This document shows positions 10,854 through 24,413 of a stretch of 63,516 nt of DNA, piece after piece. The notes beneath the pieces are model-generated. The model did no database searches, was not told the origin of the DNA, and was given only the letters and a program-made list of their open reading frames with translations. The translations under genes and the position numbers were made by a program. Location of the stretch: the NCBI GenBank assembly GCA_013265495.1, contig MU058252.1:1522728-1586243 (forward strand), given 5' to 3'. Positions within the stretch are counted from its first letter, which is position 1, and each line of letters opens with the position of its first letter. The stretch is from Vicugna vicugna (taxonomy: Eukaryota).

Positions 10854-12171
10854 TTCTGCCCCATGTTGTTTCCCATTCCTGTCCATCTTCTCTACCTCCT
10901 GGAACTGACAACTAAGATTTTGGACCTAGATGATTCCTAAGCGGCATCTTGCCCTGAATCTTCAACGATGCTCCATCAGAAGACATTCACTGCGGAGGGC
11001 AGATGGCATCCTGGGTCTGGCTCCCTGCCTATTCGTCTTCTCTCTACCCAGGTATCCATGCCTTGTCAAGCAGCGTATCCCAAACCCAAATCATCTTTCC
11101 CCTCCCCCTCACTTCTTCACTTTGCTTAATTACTTCACTTCTTTCCCACAGGCTCAGACTGAAAGCCGATGTTCTCTTTAACTTTTGTTGCTTTTGCTAC
11201 TCAATCTATATTGTCTTAAAAAAAAAAACAACTCTTTCATTCATCCCTCCTCTTCTAGCCCTGCCACCATGGTTTTCCCAGATTCTTATTACTTCCAGCC
11301 TTTAACTCTTCCCCTCTGTCTCTATTTCAATCTGTCTTAAGAACGCCTGCAGACACAGGAAGGTTCAGTCCTTCTGTCTTCCCCACCCCCACAGCACTTT
11401 TGGTGTCTTTTCTGGCACCTTCCTTAAATTGTAATAATTTGTGCGCTTGTCTGATGTGGTGGCATGGTAAGAAAATGAGGCTGGCTTCCAGAAGCCATTC
11501 AGTACAATCAGCTTTCGTTTTTCTTGGGAGGCACATCAACTGGCTGATTAGACACCTGCCATTGGAGGAGCGTTTAACGGGCATCACCATTTTTGCAGAC
11601 CAATAACGAACACCTCCAATGACCCAGAACAAACTCCTGGTAACCCAGAAACCACTTCTCAGTGACGGCAGTGAGAAAAGCCCTACAGCTGAAAGCAGAA
11701 AGCTTGTTAACTGACCATAGAATCACCTTTGGAAAAGTTGCCTTAGGGCCGGTGTAAGAAGGAGACAGATCCCCAGTACTAGGGCCGTAATGACACAATT
11801 ACCACCCTCTCATTTAGCCTGATTCATTAAGCGCTTGGTTTCCATGAACTAAATCCAGTCCTTTTGTTGCTGGTTGAGGTAATAAATAGTGAATGACACC
11901 TCTCTCCAGCCACCCATTTGATTAGCTGAAAATGACCTCAGACTAGTTTTACACACGAGCATGACTCACACTGATGTCACCAAATCCCGCTAGACGGCTG
12001 TTGATTCCCCATGGCATTCAGCGCCTTCCCAAAAGCTTCAACAGAGGAGATTATTAAAAGCCTTTTGTTCTAACTTTTTTTTTTTGGACATTGGACAATA
12101 AGCTTTAGCCTTGAGTTCATTGTCTCTGTTGACACAGTTAGGTCTTTAATTTTCAGCATCTTGCATTGCAA

Positions 12172-12216
12172 ACCACTTGTTGAGAATGAGCCACCACTTG
12201 TTGAGAATGAGCCACC
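12172..12216 (+). repeat. Perfect 21-bp tandem duplication
   Basis: ccacttgttgagaatgagcca occurs twice back to back. Confidence 0.95.
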
Positions 12217-12797
12217 CTGACATTTCCAGTTTTTAGTGAAAGCCATTTTCTCATAAGACTAAACGGAATAGAAAATCTAAACCCAAGAACCAATTTACTC
12301 TGGTTAGAGAATACCAGTCAGTGTTCCGGCTCATGAATTATTAATAATAACACCTGACATTTGGATCAGTCTTCTCCGTTCGTCAAGGCACTGTCACGTG
12401 CATTACCTCATGTGACCTTCCAGCAATCCCTGCAGGGGGACGGGGAGGCATTGTCAGCCTCCCTGTTGACAGCAAGGATGAGTGAGTTGATCAGGGTCAA
12501 TTAAGTAGCAGAAGGTCAAGGCAGTAGCAGAAAGAGGACTGGAGTCTGGGTCTGCTTAAGGAGGAGACTGATGCTAGGAGCTCTTTCTGATGATCGGTAA
12601 GCAATATCTTCAAACACTTTTTTCGAGTGGACTGGTGATCATGGGACATAGAGGAAACGGGGAGAGGAAGGGGAGGAAGGAGGTGAAAAGGGAAGGAGAG
12701 AAAGGAAGAGGGAGAAAAATTTCTATGAATGGACATCAGATCTCCAGCAGTTTCAAATTTATAGCCTCTTCTCTTTACAAAAAAACTTCTGGATTTT

Positions 12798-12834
12798 GGG
12801 AGGGTATAGCTCAGTGGTAGAGCATGTGCTTAGC
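12798..12834 (+). mobile_element. 5' half only of a Vic-1-like SINE
   Basis: gggagggtatagctcagtggtagagcatgtgcttagc, then unrelated sequence. Confidence 0.85.
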
Positions 12835-13685
12835 CCAGCTGCAACCACCTCTCCTCTGCTCGGATTAACCTGCTGTCAGGTGCAGAGAACAGCCTTCCAC
12901 CCACACTTCAGCTGCAGGCTTATTTCTGACTTAATCCAGTTTGGCCCATTACCCAGTTGAATAGACCGATCATGTATTTGACTCATGTAAAAATTCTTTG
13001 TAAGGTTGATTTGGAAATTTAACAAACTCGACAATTTGGTACTGGTGTTGACAGGGAAATGTTTACAAATAATTTACACTGAAGATGTGACTTTTTAGGG
13101 TTTCCTCAAGCAGCCTGGCTGGCTGGCTAGTAATAATCAATTAATTCTTCATTGTTTACTGAGCATTTATTCTGGGTTTTTTTAACACTGTGATAGGCAC
13201 CAGTTATAAACGGCTGCATTCGACAAGCGCATCACTGATTTCTAAAGCATGTTCATAATCATCTTCCCACGTAACCTCCTAACCTCTGAGACACACGAAC
13301 AGTGTGAGTATTATTCCCTCCTTTCAGCATGTGAAGAAAGAGGCACCCACGGAAGGAGAGACTCGGCGAAAGCCTCCATTTGGCAGATAATGACCGAGGT
13401 ACGCCAGGTACGACCACTTCTGTTGACGTCCACTGCCTGGATACTTCGCTGTCTTGTTTTTGTTTTTGTTTTGGTAGTCACAGAATCTTTATACATAAGG
13501 GGCATAGGAGGAAACTGTAGACTTGTTTCAAAGTGAAGATTAGATACATTGTAACAGAACTTTAGCCCAATTTGTAGACAAATGTGCAGGGTAAATAAGG
13601 CATACTAGAGAAATGAGTAAGAACGTATCAGCATGGTTACTCAGGATTGGAAATTGTGGGAGTATATATTTGAGTTCATTGGCTC

Positions 13686-13822
13686 TTTTGGTTTGTTTTG
13701 GGTTTTTTTGCGGGGAGGTAATTAGGTATATTCATCCATTTATTTAATGGAGGTGCGGGGGCTTGAACCCAGGACCTCGTGTATGCTAGGCATGCTCTCT
13801 ACCACCGAGCTCTACCTACCCC
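13686..13822 (-). mobile_element. Vic-1-like SINE
   Basis: ggggaggtaattagg...ttgaacccaggacctcgtgtatgctagg...ctctaccaccgagct; diverged TSD around agttcattg/agctcattg. Confidence 0.9.
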
Positions 13823-13839
13823 ACTAAGCTCATTGTTTT

Positions 13840-15700
13840 TTATTTATACTTTCTAATTTGGATGTAATATATGTTCAGTACATAGAGTTTAATGAATTTT
13901 TACAACGTGTACAGTGGAAAAATTCCCACCCAAAACAGAATATAGATTATTTCCAACACCTAAGAATGTTCCCCTAGGTTCCCTCCCAGGCTCTACCCGA
14001 CCCTGCCCCACCCAGAGCGAGGAGCTGCTCATAATTCCATAACATTAGCTCTGCCCCTTCTTCATCTTCATGTAAATGGAACCAGACCGTTCATACGTAT
14101 TGTTATCAGCTCCTTTTGCTCAACCCAACGCCTATGAAATTTATCCATGTTGTGTGAGGTAGTACTTTACATAGTACTCAGCTTGGATATAAACATACTT
14201 GGGAACAGAGTTGCTGGGTCACAAATAGTTGACTTTAATCAGTACTGTTACGTTAAACGGTTGTGCAAAGTGGCCGTACCAACTCCAGCAACGCGTGAGA
14301 TTTCTGGGTGTGGCATGGCCTCACTGACGCTGGGTACTGCGCCCTGAGGCTTGCTCTGACTCAGCTGTGGTCCCTTCGGCCAGCCTGGGGTGATGTTGTG
14401 TTCTTTCATCAGAAGACACACAATTTCTGGTTTTCCTGATGATAGGTTATCTGTGCTGTTTATACCTCAGGGTCAGTTTCACTGAACAGGAAATCCTTGG
14501 CTCACAAGAATTTCCCCCATTTTCTTCTGGGATGAAGTGTCACTGCCAGAAGTTTGATCATAATCCAATTTTACTTCTATTTTTTCTTTCATGCTAGCAG
14601 CCATTGATACACAAATCCCAAGATCCGTTCATTTATTAGAGGTTGCCAGATGATGATATTCTGATTTTATCTTTCATTTTAATTTGTAAGCTGAAATGAT
14701 TTTATAAGAAAATCTCCCCTCCTCTGCTCTTAAGGAACCCATTGGTAAAGTTCATGCACGAAAGTGAGGATAAGTGTCTATTTTTATTTACTTACTTTAC
14801 AAATAATGTTTTGGTTTCCTGTCATTCTCAGAAGGTAATTTGGCTTCTTAATATTATGTGAACTCCTGGATTGAAGCATATTTGATGGGCTTTAATTCAT
14901 TGTAATTCTTATCTTCATTGAAACTCAGATTGTCCCCTCTTTGGCCTTGGGGGCCCCTAGGTTGGCTCTTAAGTCCTTTTGCCCTCACCCTAAAGTCTTT
15001 GACAGCTTTTTCACTTTCTAGTATGAGAAGATATTTGAGGCTTATCTTGTATATTTCCTGCCCCAGACCTGAAGCAGGCATTTCTCCAAGATGCTCTGAT
15101 TTATTTGAACAGGAAACTGTTTTTTAAGACTATGATCTGAGAATGAGGTGTGCTTTTTGAGGTTCTTCATGGTTTCTGGACTTTTACTTTGGAGAGAGCT
15201 AGCAATTACATATTTAAAGATAAAACACTTCATGAGTGCATATTGATATTTCCAAATCAAATGCAGGACTGTAGGGTTTTTCCTTCACCTTTTCTATACT
15301 GCAGCTGTACTGTATTTCTGCCGCAGCAGAATTTGGGTTCTCAAGGAAATGATGGAATTGGGCTGTCTCATACGGACTCACGGAACTAACATACCTCATA
15401 ACAACACACAACACTCTCCAAGAAACAATGTTTGCAGTACCACCAACTGTGATTCATAAAACAGCGAAGAGAAAAATTTAACACACATGATCCCAATAAC
15501 CCCTCCATATTTCTCCTTTTTAACTCACATTTACTCTTAGTTCTTCAACTAACTATATATTTTATGCTCGCTATTTACCCCTATGTTTGTCTGTCTCTAG
15601 TCACTTTGGTGTTTGACAACCGTTCTCCAGTAATTCCTTGGGAAAGGCCTATGAGAACATATTCCTGATCATAGTTTGTGCCGTATACACTTGAAGGTTC
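13840..15700 (-). mobile_element. Ancient L1M (L1MC/ME-like) fragments
   Basis: T-rich degraded antisense L1 3'-region motifs such as tcatgtaaatggaa...tttatccatgttgtg and atatttcctgccccagacctg. Confidence 0.6.
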
Positions 15701-16766
15701 GTTTTGCTAAATGAGAAATGCTTGGCTCAGACTTGCAGCAACATGGATGGACCTGGAGATGATCAGACTAAGTCAAGCAGGCCAGATAGAGAAAGACAAA
15801 CAAAGTGGCTAAAACATGATGACATTGATCAGATTTCAATTTCCCCTGACAACGGCATAGAATTTGGGAGATGGTTTTGGAAGAAAGCCAAGGTGAGAGG
15901 ATGAAGATACAAACGAGGGCTATAGCATTATGAATGGAGGGGATGTTCGCAGGGATGCCATAGGGGGAAAACTGACAGAAATTGAGAGCCTAGGGGCCAG
16001 GGAAGAGTCAGGAGATGCTGAGAAAAATTCCCAAACTTGGGAACAAGGTATAGAAGAAGGCTGCACAGCTCATCCATGACACACAAGGGCAAAAACCTGC
16101 CCAAGGGTCATCACAGGATGTATTCTGTTCAACTAGTTGTTTACTAGTGGCTGGAGTTCCTAGATGTAGAGAAGTTACCTGTTAACTTATAGATTTTTGT
16201 CTGGTAGAGATGCCAATATTTTCTGTCCAGCGGGAAGAAGACCCCAAAGATTATGTTTGATTGCCCTCTAGGGTATTAGCTAGTTTTTAATTCAGTCCAT
16301 CAATCATCCTAATATTTCTTCATTATCTCGCTTCTCATTTGGTCATCACACTAGTCTTAACATCTTACTATTTCTCCCATTAATGAGTGAGTTGAATAGC
16401 ATATTTGACAAGTGTTCCTTTTATATTTACACAATAATCATGAATTTTCTCATTTTGAAAATTGTACTCTACCAGAGACCACGCACGACTTTGGGTATCT
16501 GGCTTTGGTGACAGGTGGAGAATGATGATGGCCCACAGAGAGAAAGCTTAGTTTGTTGGCAAGGATAACAGCTTATCTCTTTGTATGTGCTTGAACTTGA
16601 GGTACCCTTGGGACACCCAGAGGCAAGTATCTACAGAACTTCTTTCCTGGAGAGAAAAAAGAACTTAGGGAGCGAGTCTGCAACCATTTTGGAAACATGG
16701 GGGCTCTAAATAAGTAACTGAGCATGATAAGTGAAGGTGTTAGGGTGCCCTTTGTGAGTCCACTGT

Positions 16767-16797
16767 ACACACACACACAGACACACACACACTCACA
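16767..16797 (+). repeat. Interrupted (CA)n microsatellite
   Basis: Directly visible. Confidence 0.9.
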
Positions 16798-18689
16798 GAG
16801 GCAGGACAAAGCTACTGCTAACTGCTGATTTTCTTTTCCATCAGAAAAATGGAGTGCTCCTCAAACATCTTACACTGAGATGAAGGGTCTTTCAAGTAAT
16901 TTTAAAATCAAATTAAATAGCAGAATAATTACTCTAATCCGTGGCTATTTTGAGAGTTGCACTTGACAAATTAATACAACACTCTTGGTTGTATTAACAA
17001 TCAGAACAAAGAGAAGGAGGCCAGCCTTTGCTTATCATCAAAAATAGTCTTCAGCTATTACTTGTATTCACAGCAGGGGGGACTATTTAAAAAGTTACCC
17101 CAAACTTGGAGATAGGATCAAAAGGTGGGTGACATGTCCTCTCAAAGCCACAAAGGGGTGAAAGCTCATCGAGGGTTTCTCCAGGAGGATGTAGTTGGGC
17201 TCACTCTCCACTGGTGATTACAGCTGGGGAGAAGGCGCTATAATAAACGTTCGGCACTTTGCAGGAACATGCGCTTACCTTTCATCTTCAATTATAAGGT
17301 ATCATTTTTTTTCACTCACTAAATTTTCTAAACACTTAATTTAAAGCAGCAGTTGATGGTGCACCTTCAATTAAGGCAACATTCTACTATTTTAGCTGAA
17401 TTTTACTTATATCTTTGCGAGTAGTCATAGTAACTAATCAAATCTTCCGGTTTTCCATTTATCCTTCTAAGACATTGACCGACAGTAGAGTGATATTGAT
17501 GGCTGACAGCAATCAATCAATCAATTATAAAGCACAATTATGAGAACAAGCCTTGTCAGTCCCTTTTAATTTTCTTCTCCAATGGCGCGACTGTTTTTAT
17601 GGCAAGATACAGTGAAGCAAAAGACATGCAGTATTTTGATCTTCATGGAGCATTTAAGTTTTATATTTTGAATAACACAGGAGTGGCTAAAAATATAAAA
17701 AAATGTATAAACATATATTAAATATACGTAATGCCTCTGAGTACGTATCTTTGTTCTAGATGTCATGGTGTCATAAAGTAAAGGGGGAAATGGTCCCTTG
17801 ATGGTTCCACATTTTGACTTGAAAGCTGATTCGGGCTTCTCACTTCTTTTCCTCTTAAGAGCCAGCCAAAGGGGTGAGAGTTTAAAATCATTAGAATTTC
17901 CACTTGAAGGCGAGCTGAGAAAATACAGTAAAAGGAGTGGAAAATTAACCTAGCTCACCTTGAGAAAAGATGGTTATCATAATCGGTCAGTTAAAATGCG
18001 TGTTCGCCCCCATTCCGTGTGGATAATGGAAAGTGAGCTGTGGACTGTAGATGTCCGAGCACATTCCTGGTCAAAGGGGATGTTGGAGCCAAGACCTCCT
18101 CTACCTTGCTCACGATTTACAGGCAGCCATGAAGCCAGGAATTATGGGAAGGTTTCTCCCAGAAAAAGAGGACGAGACAGTTCTTGAACATCTTTGTCCA
18201 CATTTTCTCCAGGTAGTTTTTGCTCCGTCCAAGCGGGATGATGCTGACATGCTGAATTTCTGCAGGTGGCTTCGTGCCGGTGACTTGCAGAGTGGGAGAC
18301 ACTGAAGGACACTAGTTATAAGGAATCCGAAGAGGGAGGAGTTGGTTCTGGTAAACGGACCGCCTTTATTTAGGAAGCGAGGAGAAAGAGTGTAACTGGA
18401 GATTACGGTCCAGTCCTCTTAATTTTAATCCTGAAAATGTTCAGAAAGCCGATTGCAAAAATCTCAAGTCTTGGTTTTGAAAAGGATCAAATTAGACCAA
18501 TCCTAATTTTCTTCTACAATAGCGATTAATTACTGGAAGAACTTAGAAAGGGTATGAATTTTGGCATTTAAATTCTGAATAATACAAGTACTAGAAGGTT
18601 GTGAAGTATTTGGAACTTACTAATATTAGGTTGATTTACACCACACATGAAAAATGACTACCTAGGGGTTAGCACGAGTGAGGACACAC

Positions 18690-19000
18690 CTCGGGTCTGC
18701 AATCCCTTGAAGCAATTCTGAAGTCCAAAAGAGGTCTGAAAACAGAAGGGTTTTTGTGAAGTACGTGGCAAACTTTTTGGCTGTAAAACTTGAACCACTG
18801 TAACACTGTTTTTCGTCTTTATCCTGCTTATTGTGAGAAGGCCTATGTTTCACTGCAGAAACACTAATGTGACTGATTACGGCGTGCTGCTCTGGCTCCC
18901 GCTGACGTGGTGTGATGGTCTATATGTGCTCTGTTTCCAAGTCCAAAAATTCTAAATCCTGTCTGAGATGCAGCTGGAACTCAAGGGTACGGATTCTACA
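18690..19000. mobile_element. MER113-like DNA transposon fossil
   Basis: ggtctgcaatcccttgaagcaattctgaagtccaaaa...tctgaaaac resembles the recalled MER113 end. Confidence 0.45.
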
Positions 19001-19925
19001 ATCCTTAATGTAGAAAAGTATTAAACATTTTCTCTTAGCTTTTTTTTTTTAAATAAAAGATTACAAAGGAGCAAATGAAATTTATGAATTTCCAGAGGTA
19101 ACTCGTATTGGTTTCCTTTTTATTTCGTAGAATTAAAAGATTTGGGAGCAAGGATCACCTGGTTTAACCTCTTCATTTCGCAGACAAGGTAGTTCAGATA
19201 TAGGGAGGCCATGTGTTTTGCTGAATGTTCCGTCTCCTGAAACCAAGGGTATTCCAAACGGTTTTCTTGGTGACTTGGTATTGTAAGTTGCTGACTATAA
19301 ATGGCCCTGTCCAACTGCAGAATTGAGCACCTGTAGCCTTTCAGTTTGGTCCTGCCTAACCACTGAGCTAATGAGAAAACAAAACAAAACAAAAAATGAT
19401 TAGGTTTCCCTTTACCCTCAGTGGGTGGAGTAAGGACTTTGTTTAGTGGCCATCATGCCTGGAACCTGGAACCTGGGACCCAGGACCCAACTGGGTCACT
19501 ACAGTTAGGGCTTGGGTTTCGGCATCTGCTTGGGGCACCTGCTAGGTTACAAGCCTGAGGCTGGGCGCATGGGGCCTTCACAACCTGCAGAGTGCTTGTC
19601 ACCTCCCTGGAGCACTGATCTCTGAACTGGGTATATGTAAGAAAACCCACAAGGTTGCAGGGGAAACAAAGAATTCTGATTGTATCTACTTTTTATATAA
19701 CAGACATGAAACAAAACTTTGCTAATACCTAGGAGCCTGGTGGACACAGGTCAGTGCCTTAGCTGGTCATGTGTCACTGATGGAAAATGAAAAAGAGTGG
19801 ATGCTCCAAGGGGCTGACACAGTCCCTCCACACTCCCTCGCTCTCTGCACACCATGAAGTTGGTAGTTTACATGCAGTTTATGTGCATGGGGTTAAGTGG
19901 CCTTATGCATGTATTGCATTATCTT

Positions 19926-20057
19926 TTTTTAAAAAAACATTTTTTTGTGGGGGGAGGTAATTAGGTTTATTTTTCAGTGGAAGTACTGAGGATTGAACCC
20001 AGGACCTCATGCATGTTAAGCACGCACTCTACCACTGAGCTGTATCTCCCCCTACCC
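19926..20057 (-). mobile_element. Vic-1-like SINE
   Basis: Antisense tRNA-Ala head; TSD tattgcattatctt / tattgtattatctt. Confidence 0.92.
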
Positions 20058-20347
20058 TATTGTATTATCTTAAATTGTGTGATCTTCACAAAAGTTTTGT
20101 AAAGAGATGGGGAATGACCCTGAACATATTTATACCACACATAGGTCCCTTGGTTATTTCATCACAGAGCGGTCCAAAGAATCTGTGAGTTTAAGGTTGA
20201 GCTCCTCAGTTCCTGGCCTTGGTGAAGTAGCTTTCTCAGCGGTGTGGGTAAGTTTCAGTCATGAAACAAGTACAGAAGGAAACAAATTTGATATCAGGCT
20301 TTGAGTAACTGTATCCCAGTGTTAAATCAAGGCTTTGTGAAATTGAA

Positions 20348-20419
20348 GGTGGGTATAGTTCAGTGGTAGAGTGTGTGCTCATTCAATCCCCAGTACCTCC
20401 ATTTAAAAAAAAAAAAAAA
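20348..20419 (+). mobile_element. Internally deleted short Vic-1-like SINE with poly(A)
   Basis: gggtatagttcagtggtagagtgtgtgct, a gap, then ttcaatccccagtacctccattt(A)n; flanking ttgtgaaat repeats. Confidence 0.88.
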
Positions 20420-22007
20420 TCTTGTGAAATAATACGGCACAATCCATCATAAAATAAAGTGTGTTCTGTTCCATTTATAGACAAACTAAAATGAGAATTA
20501 TTTAAAATATTATTTATTTTATTCTTCTACATTTTTATTTTTGTGTATGTTTTAGAATAATATTAATGTGGTAGCACATAAACGTAACAAGACTTGTGTG
20601 TATGTGTGTATGACCCCAACTTGCCTTGGAGTGATGACGTATGACCCTGAGTCTCCACAGCTGGATTGAACACTTTAGTCATTAATGTCAAAAAAAATCT
20701 GGAAAAATGCGAAGATATTTCTGGAGAGAGAGAATAGTTCAACAGGCTTGTGTTCCCTAAGGGCATTTGCATTGTGAAGTGTGGGATCGGAGGGACACAT
20801 TCGAATTCTGACTCCGCTGCTTACCAGCCTCGTGCTCTTGGCCAGCTTCTTAGCCTCTCTGGGACGTGGCTCCCTCGTCTATAAAGTGATGACAGAGCCA
20901 TCTTCACAGGTTCAGATAGTTTCAAACAAGGTAGACTTGATGAAAAAACCTGAGTTTCTACTGCACCCTTAACAGTCTAACTCCTCCCCATGGATTCCAC
21001 TCCCGAGAAAGATCCTTCCCTCCCTTTTTTCACACACGTGCAACCCTCCCTCCTTAGCGAGGCAATAAACCGTGCGAGAGAGTGTGGCCGGTTTTTGTTC
21101 GCCCTCGCGCCCCAGGAGCGGACCACAGGTGCGCTGGAAGAACAGGTGAGGGGCTGTGAAACGTCTGCTGATCCTTTGCCTTTTCTAGCTCCGCCAAGAC
21201 AGGATTTCAATGTTCCTGAGTCGCGGATGAGGAACCTGAAGCTAGAGGTTCAAGACTGCTGGGCTTGCTGCCTGAGCCATTTACGACCAGTGTAGGTAAC
21301 CGCACAGATCCGTGGAGGGGTTTCTGGAATATTTTGTAATCTTTTGTGTTTCTCCCCTTATGTTCCAGTGCCTTCTATCCCAAAGACAAAACAGCAAAGC
21401 CAAACACAAGAGGTGGCTGTGTGGTTTTTTTGTTTATTTTTGGGTTTTTTTTTTCAGCCTAGTGATTGATCTCAATGGCTCAACCGATCTAGCTTGAGAA
21501 TTTGCATAATTTTTCTCTTCTGTCAACTGTAGGTAATTCCCGTGAGGGTTATAAATATAACCACATCGCTTTGAGGCCAGCCACTGCTAGAGGCTGAGTG
21601 GAAATGCTTCTGATCATTTGCCTGCCTGTTGTTACTTGGGGGGAAGTTCTGTGTAAGAATCCAGAGAAGATCTAGAAGGCAGTATCAGACTCTACCGTTT
21701 TGGTGAGATCCTTGCAGTTTCCTGTTCAGTATTGCGTATTTCCAGATGCCCACCGCAGATCTTACATATCTGCCACCAAGGCAGGGATGGCAGACAGAGG
21801 CGCTGCTGCCATGGACTGAACGCTTATTAAGTTCAGGCACAATTTCTGTCAGCTGGTCTAACTTTCACACCATTGCTACATCCTCAGCCTTGTTTCCCCC
21901 GTTTTACAGAGGAACATCTCAGGCAGAATGAGAAACTGGTCTAGGGTAACTCAGATTCTAAGTGACAGACTCAGAATTTGAACCCCTGTCCACTTGGCTC
22001 CACCTTT

Positions 22008-22436
22008 TTTTTTTTCTTAAGATATTGAATATAGTTCCCTATGCTATATACAGAAGAAACTTTTTGTTTATCCATTTTATATGTAGTAGTTAATATTTGC
22101 AAATCTTGAACTCCCAATTTATCCATCCCCACCCCCACCCCACCCTGGTAACCATAAGTTTGTTCTCTATGTCTGTGAGGCTGTTTCTGTTTTGTAAATA
22201 AGTTCATTTGTGTCTTTTTTTTTTAAATAAAAATTCCACACAAGTGGTATCATATGGTATTTTTCTTTCTCTTTCTGGCTTACTTCACTTACAGTGACAT
22301 TCTCCAGTCCATCCATGTTGCTGCAAATGGCTTTATTTTATTCTTTTTTTATAGCTGAGTAGTATTCCATAGTACAAATATACCACAACTTCTTTATCCA
22401 GGCATCTGTCGATGGACATTTATGTTGTTTTAAGAT
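22008..22436 (-). mobile_element. 5'-truncated lineage-specific L1 with TSD
   Basis: Poly(T) then antisense L1 3' UTR and ORF2 end; TSD ctccaccttt at 21998-22007 and 22437-22446. Confidence 0.92.
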
Positions 22437-24362
22437 CTCCACCTTTAGTCACGGCTCCCCCCGCCTCCTGTGAAGATAGTGCCCAGAACTGTCGCGCTGA
22501 CTGACAACACTTTCTCCTTTACAGAAGGATAACAATGACGGTCACTGGACTCGAGTGTCCTGCCTAAGGAGTGGCTCGTTTTGCTGCCTTGAATCCTGGC
22601 TTCTGAAGCTGCATCCCTCTGTACAGAATGAGCATGGTGACAACAGCAGCAGTCCCCCAGCGCGATGACAGGGAGTAAACACAATTACCCGTGATTAGTA
22701 AGCGTTTAAAAAAGTTACCTGTTTTTCTTATTAGTCAGCTTCTGACTTAAACATGGATGGAGTTCCAAAAGTTTCTTGTACATTCAGTTGTTTGAATTAG
22801 AACATATTGCCACATAAAGAATATTAGACATTGTATTTAATTACCCGTGAAGACTCTTACTGTGTCGCTGGCAGAGTATGGACTTAGATTTGCAGGAGGC
22901 GCTGCAGGATGGGGGTGGGGGCAGAGCACCGTTTGCTCTACCCCAGTGATGCTCCCCTTGGGGGATTAAGTCCAAGAGCCCTCAAGCTGCCTTAAGCCCC
23001 TTTTCTATGGGAGGTTTTCTGCTTCAGTGTTACCCTCTTCCTGCAGTAGTAATTAAATATTCAGTGCCCCTGGCAGTTGTCCAAGCCTTAAAAAACAAAC
23101 AATCCTCTTCTCCCCACCAGCCTTGTCCTCTGTGTCCTGCATCCAATCTCCCATTCCCTCAGTAGCTGGCTCAGGAAAGCAGCTGCTAATTTATGATGCT
23201 ATGTGAAAGTCCTAAACTTCTTAACCTTCCCAGAGTTGTTTACATTTTTTAAAAAAATGGAATCTAGAGTTTCAGGCAGTGACACAGAGAGCAATCGTGG
23301 AATCTGTAGAGTATTAACAGCGCCCTTCTTACAATGCTGTTTTGAGAATGAAGTGCTCTTCAGACCTGGGTAATTGCTCCCCTATCTGCTTTCTCACCTA
23401 ACGCCTTTACCACTGAAGGGCCTTTGAGGCAGACCAGCTTTACCTGGAAGTTCCACCTGGGGTCTTCTCTCTTAATCTATCTTGTTTTCCTCCTTACCTC
23501 TTTTCTTCTTCCATTTGTTAAATCAGTTTTTCTGAGAGCCCCTGGATTAAAAAAAATAGTTGTCAGATAGATAGACTCTGGTAGAAACTGGGACCTCTGA
23601 TGGGGTATGTGTTTGTTCAGTGCCAAAGTCAGGGATTGTCAATGTGTTTGCGGGACAGAAGAAGTGTCTGCAGACCAGGGGCAGAGTGTGCAGGGTTATG
23701 GACAACTGATGACTAAGGTACTCGCATTGTCCAAGCCCAAATCAGGACACACAATCTGACAAGCACAAATAAATTTATAGAGACAATGGAACCGAATAAT
23801 TGAATCTGGGATGCAAGCCAAAGATATGACAGCTGAAAGAGCTGGGCAGATAACTGGAGAGAGGAGCCTTGCGGTGCAGCGGGAAGAGTTTTGACATTTC
23901 TATATCCCTGTGTCATAGACACAGACAAAGATGAATAACCCAGTGACCTGCCCTGCCCCTTCCAAACATAACAGAGAATTAGTTACGTCCTTTTTATGGT
24001 CCTGGAGCAGTGAAGGGTGCCTGCCCTCCCTGCTTAGCTCCAGACCAGCATTTCCAACTGCTCCTTGAGCATCTTTCCCTGTATGTCCTAGAACTGCCTC
24101 AAAGGGAAACTGCTGGTCCTTTTTTCATCTCAGTTCATGGCTTTACGATGCATGGAGCCATCCAAGCTAAATACAGCAGTTATTTTGTCTTTCTCTTCCT
24201 CACTTAAAAAAAAAATCCACTGGTCCTTGGACCTTTTATTTCTATATTTCTACCACTGCAATGTCTTTTCTATTCCTATTGCCATCATGACCCTGTATTT
24301 GAACTACCTCATTGGTTCCCTAGTTAATTTCCTTGCATTCAATTTCATTTTCCCTTGTCCCT

Positions 24363-24413
24363 CCAGCCAGCCAGCCAGCCAACCAGCCAGACACACACAC
24401 ACACACACACACA
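24363..24413 (+). repeat. Compound (CCAG)n(CA)n microsatellite
   Basis: Directly visible. Confidence 0.92.

Noticed and set aside
21119..21138. CCACAGGTGCGC as a CTCF motif
   Set aside because: It needs gaps to fit the core consensus and has no upstream motif.
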